A stretch of 64,000 nucleotides of DNA. Origin: an uncultured delta proteobacterium. GTDB lineage: Bacteria; Desulfobacterota; Desulfobaccia; Desulfobaccales; 0-14-0-80-60-11. The stretch's first letter is position 1. Each line of letters starts with the position of its first letter. The DNA is taken from NCBI GenBank assembly GCA_963697965.1, contig OY969108.1, forward strand, positions 1,981,326 through 2,045,325, in the 5' to 3' direction. Below, one piece after another: positions 30,845-39,946 of this stretch. The position numbers and the translations under genes are program-made. The notes under the pieces were generated by a model. That model was not told the DNA's origin. It searched no databases and saw only the letters and a program-made list of their open reading frames with translations.

Positions 30845-31652
30845 AGAGTTTCTGCGGCAGGTGCCCTCTCCAGTGAAACGGGTCGCCGCCTTCGTAAGCA
30901 AGACGCTGGTCATTGCCGAATTGGAATTGCGCAAAATTCGCCACGACCCCACCGAACTGCTTACCCGCGCCATCCAGCCGGCACTGTGGTTGTTGGTCTT
31001 CGGGCAAGTATTTGGCAGGGCGCGGGCCATCCCCACCGGCGGCCTGCCTTATCTCGACTTTATGGCCCCGGGCATCCTGGCCCAGAGTGTCCTTTTCATC
31101 GCCATCTTCCACGGCATCGCCATCATCTGGGAGCGGGACCTGGGGCTGGTCCACAAACTCCTGGCCACCCCGACCCCGCGCACCGCGCTGGTGCTGGGCA
31201 AAGGTATTTCGGCAGGCGCCCGCGCCTTATCGCAGGTGGCCATTGTTTATGTATTGGCGCTGTTGCTCGGCGTCAGGATAAACTGGCATCCCTTGGCGCT
31301 GGCAGGCGTGCTGAGTATCGCCATCCTGGGCGCGGCCTGTTTTTCCATCCTTTCCCTGATCATCGCCTGTTGGGTCAAGACCCGGGAACGCTTCATGGGC
31401 ATCGGCCAGGTCCTGACGATGCCCTTATTCTTCGCCAGCAACGCCATCTACCCGATCTCCATGATGCCGGAGTGGTTAAAGGTGGTATCCCACCTCAATC
31501 CGCTGACTTACGAAGTGGACGCCCTGCGGGCTTTGATGCTGGCCGGGGGAACGAGCGTTATCGGCCTGGTACCGGATTTGGGGGTGCTGCTGATGGCAAC
31601 ATTGGTCCTGGTCATTATCGGCGGCTGGATGTATCCGCGGATCGCCGTTTGA
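30801..31652 (+). CDS. ABC-2 type transporter permease
   Basis: 283 aa with 6 predicted TM helices. It overlaps the end of the ATPase gene. The start codon is uncertain. Confidence 0.8.
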   Translation: MKSREPDARPNGWAREFLRQVPSPVKRVAAFVSKTLVIAELELRKIRHDPTELLTRAIQPALWLLVFGQVFGRARAIPTGGLPYLDFMAPGILAQSVLFIAIFHGIAIIWERDLGLVHKLLATPTPRTALVLGKGISAGARALSQVAIVYVLALLLGVRINWHPLALAGVLSIAILGAACFSILSLIIACWVKTRERFMGIGQVLTMPLFFASNAIYPISMMPEWLKVVSHLNPLTYEVDALRALMLAGGTSVIGLVPDLGVLLMATLVLVIIGGWMYPRIAV

Positions 31653-31720
31653 GCCATTAAATGGATAATCAATTGCGGAGAAACCGCTATCATTAGCTCA
31701 TCAATGAGCGGGAAGGCAGC

Positions 31721-33190
31721 GTGAGCAGCATCGAGCCAGAGGCCATTGCGGGTACGGCCGGCGCGGAGACCGCGGGCAAGTGGACCGTCATGGGGATCAT
31801 GGCCATCGGCCTCTTTATGGTGTGCCTGGACTCCAGCATTGTCAATATCTCGCTTCCCAAGATCAGCCTCTCTTTTCAGGTCCCTCTCAGTGGTCTGGTG
31901 GAATGGGTCATCATTGCCTATCTCATCGTTATAGCGAGCCTCCTGCTGACCTTTGGCCGGCTGTTGGACATGGTGGGGCAGAAACTCCTGTGGCTGCTGG
32001 GACTCTTCATTTTTACCATAAGCTCCGCCATTTGCGGGGCGGCTCCGTCGCTGCTGCTCCTGGTCATTTCCCGGGCATTTCAGGCAGTGGGGGGCGCGTT
32101 GATCATGGCCATCAGTCCGGCCATGATAGCCCGCGCCTTTCCGGCCACCGAGTGGGGGCGGGCCTTGGGTATTCTGGCCCTGGTGGTGGCCGCCGGCACC
32201 AGTGCCGGCCCCGCGGTGGGCGGTCTCATAACGGAAGCCTTCACCTGGCGCTGGATCTTTTACGTCAATGTCCCCATAGGGATAATCGGCATGGCCGCGG
32301 CCCTGCGCCTGCTGAGGGAGCCCATGCGCCTGAGCCGGGGGCAACAGCGATTCGACCCTATCGGCGCCTTTCTGCTTTCGTTCAGCCTCGGCTGCCTGAT
32401 GCTGGGTTTGAGCTTCGGCCAGGAAGCAGGCTGGCGTTCATTCACCATTGTGGGGCTCTTCGTGTCAGCTTTGCTGCTGTTGGCGGCCTTCATTATCCAC
32501 GAAAAGCACCATTCCCAGCCCATTGTCGATTTTTCCCTCTTTCGCAACCGCCTGTTCTCCGCGGCGATTGTCAGCAGCTTTCTCGCCTTCTTGTCGCTGT
32601 TTGCCGTGATGTTCCTGATGCCCTTTTACCTGGAGGAACTGCGGGCGCTGCCGATCCATGTGGCAGGGCTGCTGTTGACCGCGGTGCCGCTCACCATCGG
32701 GGTGGTGGCCCCGTTAAGCGGCAGGCTTTCTGACCGGTTCGGATCGCGGCTTCTCAGTTCCTCGGGCCTGGCCATCGTCTGTCTGGGGCTTTGGTTTCTC
32801 AGCCGCCTGCAGCCAGGGAGTTCTCTTTTTGGCATTGTCTGGCCGCTGGTGGTTACCGGCTTAGGGCAAGCGCTTTTCCAACCGCCCAACAATAACGCCA
32901 TTTTAAGTTCAGTGCCGCCAGAGCGCCTGGGAATTGCCTCCGGGTTTTTAAATACGGTGCGGGTGCTGGGCCAATCCTCCAGTGTTGCTGTCTCTGGGGC
33001 AATTTTCGCATCCCTGGGCGGCGCCCAGGCCGGTGCGGCGCTAAGCCAGAAATTGGTCCTTCCATCCGCTCAATTGCAAGCGGTTTTTACCCACGCCTTT
33101 CAGGCAGCTATGCTCACCTGCATGATCATTGCCAGTATCGGGGTGTTCACTTCACTGATGCGCGGCCCCAAGGGCAGCAGCTACCGCTGA
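31721..33190 (+). CDS. MFS transporter, DHA2/EmrB-like (14-TM drug:H+ antiporter type)
   Basis: 489 aa with the motifs LDSSIVNISLP and GRLLDMVGQK (motif A-like), and many TM helices. Confidence 0.85.
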   Translation: MSSIEPEAIAGTAGAETAGKWTVMGIMAIGLFMVCLDSSIVNISLPKISLSFQVPLSGLVEWVIIAYLIVIASLLLTFGRLLDMVGQKLLWLLGLFIFTISSAICGAAPSLLLLVISRAFQAVGGALIMAISPAMIARAFPATEWGRALGILALVVAAGTSAGPAVGGLITEAFTWRWIFYVNVPIGIIGMAAALRLLREPMRLSRGQQRFDPIGAFLLSFSLGCLMLGLSFGQEAGWRSFTIVGLFVSALLLLAAFIIHEKHHSQPIVDFSLFRNRLFSAAIVSSFLAFLSLFAVMFLMPFYLEELRALPIHVAGLLLTAVPLTIGVVAPLSGRLSDRFGSRLLSSSGLAIVCLGLWFLSRLQPGSSLFGIVWPLVVTGLGQALFQPPNNNAILSSVPPERLGIASGFLNTVRVLGQSSSVAVSGAIFASLGGAQAGAALSQKLVLPSAQLQAVFTHAFQAAMLTCMIIASIGVFTSLMRGPKGSSYR

Positions 33191-33217
33191 CCGCGGCCAG
33201 GAAGAGGGAGACTTTTT

Positions 33218-34174
33218 ATGGGAACCGGCAAGAAGATTTTGATGGCGGTGGACGGATCTTCCTACTCACTGGCGGCCATCAATTATGTGGCCGCCATGTG
33301 CTCGGGATCGAAGGTGGAGGTGGGTCTTCTCCATGTTCTGCCCATGGCGTCCGAAGAACTGCTCTGGCAGATCAACGTGGATGAAGACTTCAAGTCGAAG
33401 ATCAAAGAGCGATACGAACGCTTCAACGCCGAATGCCAGCGAGCGGCTGAGAAATTCCTGGACCGGGCCAAAGAGATCCTGGTGGGCTCCGGCTGCTATG
33501 TTCCGGACCTCATCATAACCATGCTGCGGCAATGGCAATCGGGGATTGCCAGAGATATCCTGGCCGAAGCGAAGAAAGGTTATGACGCCGTGGTCATTGG
33601 CAGAAGAGGGATCGGCATGATCGAAGGCCTGATGCTGGGAAGCGTCTCCGCCCAAATCGTGCAGGCAGTCGATTGGCTCCCGGTTTGGGTCATCGGCGGG
33701 GAAACCGTTTCCGGTAAAATGTTGCTGGCCGTGGATGCTTCGCTGAATTCCCGCCGGGCGGTGATCTACGCCGCCCCCTATGCGGCGCAATCCGGGGCTG
33801 AGATTACCCTCTTGCACGTGCTGCGCAAATTCTTCCCTGGAGGAACCCCGTATTTGACCACGGCTGGGGCGGACGGAGCGGAAATCGAGACGGCGCTCAA
33901 TGAGAACCTGAAACCGAAGGTTCAGGAAATGTTTGCTGATTACCGGGGCTGCCTGGAAAAGGCGGGCGTGGCGCCTGAGCGGATTAGCAGCAAATGCGCT
34001 CTCGGCAGTTTTAGCCGGGCGGCCAGTATCCTGACTGCCGCCAGAGAGGGGAACTACGGCACCGTTATCTTAGGCAGGAGGGGAATATCAGCGGTACGCG
34101 AATTCATTATGGGCCGGGTAACCACCAAGGTGTTGAACGGGGCCGAAGGCCTAAACGTCTGGATTGTCCCTTGA
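33218..34174 (+). CDS. tandem universal stress protein (two USP domains)
   Basis: 318 aa with two repeats of the ILMAVDGS...VVIGRRG / MLLAVDAS...VILGRRG...G-x9-GRV pattern. Confidence 0.8.
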   Translation: MGTGKKILMAVDGSSYSLAAINYVAAMCSGSKVEVGLLHVLPMASEELLWQINVDEDFKSKIKERYERFNAECQRAAEKFLDRAKEILVGSGCYVPDLIITMLRQWQSGIARDILAEAKKGYDAVVIGRRGIGMIEGLMLGSVSAQIVQAVDWLPVWVIGGETVSGKMLLAVDASLNSRRAVIYAAPYAAQSGAEITLLHVLRKFFPGGTPYLTTAGADGAEIETALNENLKPKVQEMFADYRGCLEKAGVAPERISSKCALGSFSRAASILTAAREGNYGTVILGRRGISAVREFIMGRVTTKVLNGAEGLNVWIVP

Positions 34175-34199
34175 AGGATGTGGATGCGGCTTGCCCCCA

Positions 34200-34387
34200 G
34201 TATTGTGCCCCACGGAAAGATTGCCTGGATGCTTTGCCTTTTTCCCTGGTCCTTGAGATGGCGACAGGTGGAGGTGGTAATTTATGGTTTATTTCCCATA
34301 TGTTGCCACCATCCCCCCAATCCCCTCCCCTCTCAGGGAGGGGCTTATCTCAAATTTGTTAGTTAAGATAATTGTGGGATACAACAC
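34200..34387. repeat. MITE-like ~190-bp structured element, copy A
   Basis: It aligns along its length with 48422-48616. Shared blocks are gtattgtgYcccacggaaa, ggcgacaSSgg...ggtggtaattta, gttgccaccMtccccccaa, cccctcccctctcagggagggg and taagataattgtggga. The ends form imperfect inverted repeats (GTATTGTGCCCCAC / GTGGGATACAACAC). Confidence 0.65.
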
Positions 34388-34408
34388 TAGCCATCCGGGA
34401 GCTGAGCA

Positions 34409-35674
34409 ATGACTTTTGAGCAGAGGTTCGAGAAGGTGCGGGAATTGACCAAGGCGCTGGGCCAGCGGCGGGAGCAGATGATCGCCCAGGCTGCCCTTGA
34501 TCTCCAGTTTGCCGCTAAAGACACCGACCATGAGGTGGATCTGGCCATGGACCGGTTGGGGAACTTTCTTGAGGTCCGGGAGGCATTAGATTCCAGGAGA
34601 CCTTTGGGGGGGCCGGACTCCTGGGTGGCCGTGGCGCTCTCTTATAACGGCAGCGCCTGGCTGAACCTGGTGATCACCGCAGCCTATATGGCTGGAAACC
34701 AGGTCCTGGTGAAACTTTCCTCCAAGGGGTCCGGGCTCTCGAGCCTGATGGAGGAAATTTATCAGCCTATCTTTGGAGACGCCATCACGTTTTACCGGGA
34801 CCGGGGCCGCAGCTTCATGGAGGAAGCGCTAAAGAACCCCAAGATCTCCGGGGTGGTCTTTTTCGGGTTTGACCAGCACGTGCTCCCCTACCAGGAAGCC
34901 TTCCGCCAGAGCGGCAAGAAGTTCATTTTTGAAGGACCGGGATCAGACCCGTTCATCGTTTTTCCCGACGCCGACCTCTCGCAAGCCCTGGCCGATCTGA
35001 TGGCCGCCAAGTTTGCCTATTCCGGGCAGACCTGCACAGCGCCCAAGAGGATCTTTATCCATGAGGCCGTCTACGAGCAATTCCTAAAAATGATAGCGCC
35101 TGAAGTTGAGGGCCTGCGGGTGGGCGATCCGACAGATCGAAGCGTGCAGGTGACCCCGCTGGGGAGCGGCCTGGCCGTGGCCGGCATCAAGGCGGCCTTG
35201 TCCGAGGCGGAGGCCAGGGGCGCCCAAATCCTGGTGGGAGGTAAAATCGCGGGGAACCTGGTCTATCCCACGCTCATCCGGGATGCCACCGATGACCTGC
35301 TGGGCATGAAAAATGAGATCTTCGGCCCGGTCTTATTCACCAGCAGTTTCTCCGAGCGGGAGGTGGTGGTGGCGCGGGCCCAGAATCACCAATATGGTCT
35401 CCGGGCCGCGGTATATGGCGGAGAAGAGGCCGCCCTCACCGCCGCGGCTTTGAGGGGTGAGAAATACTGCCACCCGGTGCCTGATTATACCTTCGGCAAA
35501 TTCGGCACGGTTTCCTTAAACGAACCCCGGGCAGAGTCCTGGCGGGGGGCCCTGGTGACCAAGGCGGTGGGTGGCTACGGCTACTCCGGCTGGATCTGGG
35601 AGACCGTGGAGGGGCGCTTCCAGATCAAGCAAGGCCCCAAACTGATCCACCTGGAGACGTCCCTTCCGGCTTAG
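34409..35674 (+). CDS. aldehyde dehydrogenase family protein
   Basis: 421 aa with the catalytic region FAYSGQTCTAPKRIF and a conserved EIFGPV. Confidence 0.8.
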   Translation: MTFEQRFEKVRELTKALGQRREQMIAQAALDLQFAAKDTDHEVDLAMDRLGNFLEVREALDSRRPLGGPDSWVAVALSYNGSAWLNLVITAAYMAGNQVLVKLSSKGSGLSSLMEEIYQPIFGDAITFYRDRGRSFMEEALKNPKISGVVFFGFDQHVLPYQEAFRQSGKKFIFEGPGSDPFIVFPDADLSQALADLMAAKFAYSGQTCTAPKRIFIHEAVYEQFLKMIAPEVEGLRVGDPTDRSVQVTPLGSGLAVAGIKAALSEAEARGAQILVGGKIAGNLVYPTLIRDATDDLLGMKNEIFGPVLFTSSFSEREVVVARAQNHQYGLRAAVYGGEEAALTAAALRGEKYCHPVPDYTFGKFGTVSLNEPRAESWRGALVTKAVGGYGYSGWIWETVEGRFQIKQGPKLIHLETSLPA

Positions 35675-35839
35675 GCGGATCCCCCTAAACTCCTGGGCTG
35701 CTCCCCAACGGGGAAGTATTTGGATTCTGAGGGGTAGATCATGGCTCCATCCATTTTCTATGTGCTATTTGTTAATTAATGTTTGCTAATGGGGGCAAAG
35801 TATGCTAAAGGGATTCTAATAGACTGTAAGGTGGAAATC

Positions 35840-36091
35840 ATGATTAAGCTCGAAGTTAAAGAAGGATTCCTCACGACCCGTGAGCTCGCAGACCTACTGA
35901 GAGTGTCGGAAATGACCGTTCATCGCATGGTCGATCGTGGCGCTCTCCCCTGCTACCAAATTGGCCGGGGTAAGCGCTTTAGGTGGGAAGATGTGGAGAA
36001 CTTCCTGGAACGGTCTAAATTCGTGGGAAGGGAAAAAAAGACTCCTATGGAGCGTGGGCTTTTTAACGGTTATGAAGAAGAAAACCGATAG
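35840..36091 (+). CDS. excisionase/MerR-superfamily HTH DNA-binding protein
   Basis: LTTRELADLLRVSEMTVHRMVDRGALPCYQIGRGKRFRWEDVENFL is the classic helix-turn-helix_17 (Xis/AlpA-like) pattern. The start is taken at ATG 35840. Confidence 0.7.
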   Translation: MIKLEVKEGFLTTRELADLLRVSEMTVHRMVDRGALPCYQIGRGKRFRWEDVENFLERSKFVGREKKTPMERGLFNGYEEENR

Positions 36092-36109
36092 ATGAAATAG
36101 GGGCCAGTA

Positions 36110-37208
36110 ATGCAACTATATATTCAGGACCCGACAGACCCGCAAGCGCCTTTTCTTCATGAGCAGATACTGGAAAAATGCGAGGGAGCGACACACGGGG
36201 CCGGAGCATTTGCCTTTGTGACTTTCGAGGGTGTAAACCTTTTACTTAACGATGAAATATTTAGGAGATTTGCCACTGGAGGTACTTTTTATCTAATTGT
36301 CGGTGTTGACGGAGTGACAAATGTTCGGGCGCTGATTGCACTTCAAAATGCGAGTCGTGAGCTACCCGGCTTGACGGTAAGGGTCTTTTATCATGATCTA
36401 TTCCCACAGTCGGTGTTTCACCCTAAATTTTGTTGGTTCAGGCACAGCACAAGGGGGTTTCTTATCACTGGTTCCGGCAACCTCACTGCAAAGGGACTGC
36501 GAGGGAACTGGGAAGCATTTGCCATCGGTGAGCTTGGAGTCGATGCCGCTGATGCTTTGGAAGCTCAATGGAAACAATGGGTTGAAGTGCATACTACGCA
36601 CTTGAGACTTTTAGATGATGAGAATGTGCTCGCTCGAGCCGCGCTAAATATACAGCAGCGAAGGCCGCTCGCTCCAGTTTCCCCACCTGAGGAAGCGGGG
36701 CTTGAAGCTGTGAAAGAGCCCCCGGCTTTACCGCCTCAATTTCTTCGGGTGTTGGTTGCAGAGATACCACGTGGGTCATACCGATGGAACCAGGCGAATT
36801 TTGATCTAAACAGCTTCCGTAACTTTTTCGGTGCCGAACCCGGCAGGGTACAGAGAATAGTATTGCAGCAAGTTGACGAGAACGGAGTGCCTAGGAAAAC
36901 TAGAAAGTCGCCCAAGTGTAGCGGTAAAGAGCCAGAATTATCGGTTCGAATTAGAGGCTGCGGCTGGATTATCGTATCCAGACGCAGGTCGCCCAATTGC
37001 GGTTTTCATTGAAATTGCGCCACGCACTTTTAGATATCGGCTCTTGATGCCCGATGATCCCCAACATGGGATTATGAATGCCTTCTTGGATAGCACGTGG
37101 AGGGGGCGGGACGACCGGCTGCGCCGCGTGATCAGAGATACGGATGTGCTCCGGCAGGCATGGCCAAATTCACCGCTCTGGCAAATGCCTTTAGAGGTCG
37201 AGGATTAG
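36110..37208 (+). pseudogene. PLD-family (single HKD motif) nuclease, BfiI/Nuc-like putative restriction endonuclease, with a +1 frameshift
   Basis: HKD motif HPKFCWFRHSTRGFLITGSGNLT (His codon at 36419). The reading frame switches between 36861 and 36900: frame 2 ends at 37012 in low-quality sequence, while frame 3 continues as ...LGKLESRPSVAVKSQNYRFELEAAAGL... to 37208. Total length is 1099 nt, i.e. 3n+1. Confidence 0.7.
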
Positions 37209-37209
37209 A

Positions 37210-38631
37210 ATGCAGCGTATCATGAAGAATAGACAGATTACCTTCACCTTTGATGATGTGGCCGAGACCTCCTTACCACAAACCTGTCATGGGCCGAGAG
37301 TAAGCGTGCCCTTGCGCCCTATCCATTATTTGGGAAGCAAGCTTCGCATTGTGGACTTGGTTCGAGAAGTCGTTGACAGGGTTGATGCCTCGGGCGGCCC
37401 GGTATGCGATCTATTCGCTGGCTCAGGTACTGTTTCGCGGGAACTTTCCACTTTTCGCTCAGTCGTAGCGGTGGACATTCAGGAGTATTCAAGGGTACTC
37501 TGCTCTGCCCTGCTGAAACCTCCTTGCGTCAAGAAGGATGATGTGACGCAGTTCTTGAATAAAGCACTTTCATCAGAGCACGCTCGTCGCTTGTCTTGGG
37601 CAATCGAACCGATGGTAAGCTATGAGGCGAGTTGTCGGCATCAAGCCGAGATCGGGAATGTTGAGCCACTCTGCCAGTTGTTCGAATATGCCTCGATCAT
37701 TTCATTCGAGCATGGTGCCGGACATTTTAAAGACGCGGTGCTGAGTTCGGCCTTGAACGAGACCGTTAGTCGATTGCGGAAAGCCAGCTTGGTGGACACA
37801 CCAAGCGCTATGACAACGCGCTATTTCGGCGGGATTTATTTCTCATACCTTCAGGCGTCGCAAATAGACATGCTACTTGAAGCGGTGTCATCACTCTCTC
37901 TTTCGGAGAGAGATATATTCTTGGCGGCAGTTTTGAGCACGGCAAGTGAGGTGGTGAATACCGTGGGCAAACAATTCGCGCAGCCAATTCGTCCACGATT
38001 TGCAGATGGTAGGCCCAAACCGAACTTATACAAACGCTTTACTCGCGACCGAACGATAGATGCTACTGACGCATTCACAACGTGGATAGCCCGATATCTG
38101 GCAGTACAGCCCTCAGTTCGAGAACATCGCGTGATCAGGAGCGATTACGCAGACGCTTTGGATAATATGGAAGGTCAAGTGAGCGTCGTATATGCAGACC
38201 CGCCATATACTCGTGACCACTATAGCCGGTATTACCATGTGCTAGAAACTCTTTGCCTCCGCGACTGTCCATCTGTGTCAACGGTTCGCATCGATGGCGA
38301 TGATCGGATGAGCAGAGGTATCTATCGAACCGGACGCTATCAGTCTCCATTCTGTATTAAGTCCAAAGCTCCATATGCCTTCTCCACGCTCTTTGCAAAA
38401 GTGCGATGCTTAAAAGTGCCACTCGTATTGTCCTACTCCCCGTTTGAAAAAAAGACGGGTGCGAGACCGCGATTGATGGCTATTAAGGATATTGTGGAGC
38501 TATCCCGCAAATCATTCAGTTCCGTCGAGGTCATACCTGCCGGACGGATATCTCACAGCAAATTGAACCGGTCGGATATGAATAAGGCTGTCTCTCTCGG
38601 TGCAGAGACTTTTATAATCTGCAAACCATAA
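37210..38631 (+). CDS. DNA N6-adenine methyltransferase, D12/Dam-like (alpha-class motif order)
   Basis: 473 aa. IHYLGSKLRI (the Y/F-x-G-x-K motif of the D12 class), DLFAGSGTVS (motif I), a long variable region, then VVYADPPY (motif IV). Confidence 0.75.
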   Translation: MQRIMKNRQITFTFDDVAETSLPQTCHGPRVSVPLRPIHYLGSKLRIVDLVREVVDRVDASGGPVCDLFAGSGTVSRELSTFRSVVAVDIQEYSRVLCSALLKPPCVKKDDVTQFLNKALSSEHARRLSWAIEPMVSYEASCRHQAEIGNVEPLCQLFEYASIISFEHGAGHFKDAVLSSALNETVSRLRKASLVDTPSAMTTRYFGGIYFSYLQASQIDMLLEAVSSLSLSERDIFLAAVLSTASEVVNTVGKQFAQPIRPRFADGRPKPNLYKRFTRDRTIDATDAFTTWIARYLAVQPSVREHRVIRSDYADALDNMEGQVSVVYADPPYTRDHYSRYYHVLETLCLRDCPSVSTVRIDGDDRMSRGIYRTGRYQSPFCIKSKAPYAFSTLFAKVRCLKVPLVLSYSPFEKKTGARPRLMAIKDIVELSRKSFSSVEVIPAGRISHSKLNRSDMNKAVSLGAETFIICKP

Positions 38632-38640
38632 TCTACGTAT

Positions 38641-39810
38641 ATGAAAAAAGAAATCGTCAAATGGTTTTCATCCAAACAGGCTCGCAATGTTGCGCGGTTC
38701 GTACATATGCCTGACCTGTCATACGGAAGGCGGGGCACCGGTAATGTGATTGCGCAGGGTGATAATATCGACGCACTAAAGGCGCTCTCGGCAGTCGCTT
38801 CTGGGCAAATTCGCTGTATTTACATAGATCCTCCTTACAATAATCGAGAGCGCTACAACCATTATAGCGATGACCTCAGTCATGAGGCATGGCTTGAGAG
38901 CATTACTTTGCGTTTGAAGTACTTCGCAGAATTGCTGAGTGAGGACGGTAGTCTATGGATTTCGATCGATGACAGAGAGGTGCATTATCTAAAAGTCGCC
39001 GCCGACAAGATTTTGAATCGACAGAAGTTTATGTCCACAATTATCTGGGAGCAACGGACGACTCGTGAAAATCGCAGAGCATTCTCAAACAACCATGAGT
39101 ACCTGCTTGTTTACGCGCAGAATCCAGTCGTGTTTCGGGAAACCCGCCATCGGCTGGACTTCACAGCCGAGGCGATAAGTCGCTATAAAAATCCCGATAA
39201 TGACCAACGAGGACCTTGGCAGTCAGTCTCAGCAAACGTGCAAGCTGGTCATGCCACACCTAGCCAGTTCTATGAGGTCATTTCCCCGAACGGCCGGCGT
39301 TACACCCCCCCGAATGGAAGATGTTGGGTCTACGACCGCGAAAGAATGCAAGAAGAGATTCTCAAAAATAATGTTTGGTTCGGCAAAGATGGGAATGGTG
39401 TACCACGATTAAAGGTGTTTCTCCATAATGGTGGAACTGGCCTAACCCCGCATACCCTCTGGCTGGCTTCCGAAGTTGGAACAAGCAAGTCTGCGAAGAA
39501 GCATTCACTACAGATGTTTCCACGTGACCCGGTGTTCGATACCCCTAAACCGGAACACCTAATCCATAGAATCCTCAATATCGCCACCGATCCGGGAGAT
39601 TTGGTTCTCGATGCATATTTGGGTTCCGGAACAACAGCGGCAGTCGCTCATAAGATGGGAAGGCAATACGTTGGGATTGAACAGGGCGACCATGCGATTA
39701 CACACTGCGCCCATCGACTCCGTCTGGTCGTTGACGGCGAGGAAGGGGGCGTATCAAAGCTAGTCGGGTGGAATGGGGGTGGTGGATTCGACTTTTTCAG
39801 ATTAGGTTAG
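38641..39810 (+). CDS. DNA methyltransferase, N6_N4_Mtase family (beta-class motif order)
   Basis: 389 aa. IYIDPPYN (motif IV) comes first, followed by a central variable region and then VLDAYLGSGTTAAVAHKMGRQYVGIE (motif I) near the C-terminus. Confidence 0.85.
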   Translation: MKKEIVKWFSSKQARNVARFVHMPDLSYGRRGTGNVIAQGDNIDALKALSAVASGQIRCIYIDPPYNNRERYNHYSDDLSHEAWLESITLRLKYFAELLSEDGSLWISIDDREVHYLKVAADKILNRQKFMSTIIWEQRTTRENRRAFSNNHEYLLVYAQNPVVFRETRHRLDFTAEAISRYKNPDNDQRGPWQSVSANVQAGHATPSQFYEVISPNGRRYTPPNGRCWVYDRERMQEEILKNNVWFGKDGNGVPRLKVFLHNGGTGLTPHTLWLASEVGTSKSAKKHSLQMFPRDPVFDTPKPEHLIHRILNIATDPGDLVLDAYLGSGTTAAVAHKMGRQYVGIEQGDHAITHCAHRLRLVVDGEEGGVSKLVGWNGGGGFDFFRLG

Positions 39811-39946
39811 AGAAAAGGCCTTTTGGCCACAAGAAAATCTCATCTACTGACACAACCTTAAGCCCGCAGTGCCAAAAACCTGCCGAACACTGCTGAGGCT
39901 CAAGTAATCGCCAGGGCCGCCTCCTCGCTCCCCTCTGGACTCAGGT

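Noticed and set aside
36873-37208. 111-aa ORF as an independent gene
   Set aside because: It starts with TTG inside the preceding ORF, has no RBS, and its frame is open from 36861. I interpret it as the C-terminal part of the frameshifted PLD nuclease.
16471-39810. DISARM-like defence system (DUF1998 helicase + PLD nuclease + adenine methyltransferase)
   Set aside because: The DUF1998 helicase is ~17 kb from the PLD/methyltransferase island, is separated from it by housekeeping operons, and carries a MrfB-like exonuclease. No separate DrmA or DrmB genes flank the PLD gene. A Type IIS-like R-M system is the simpler reading.
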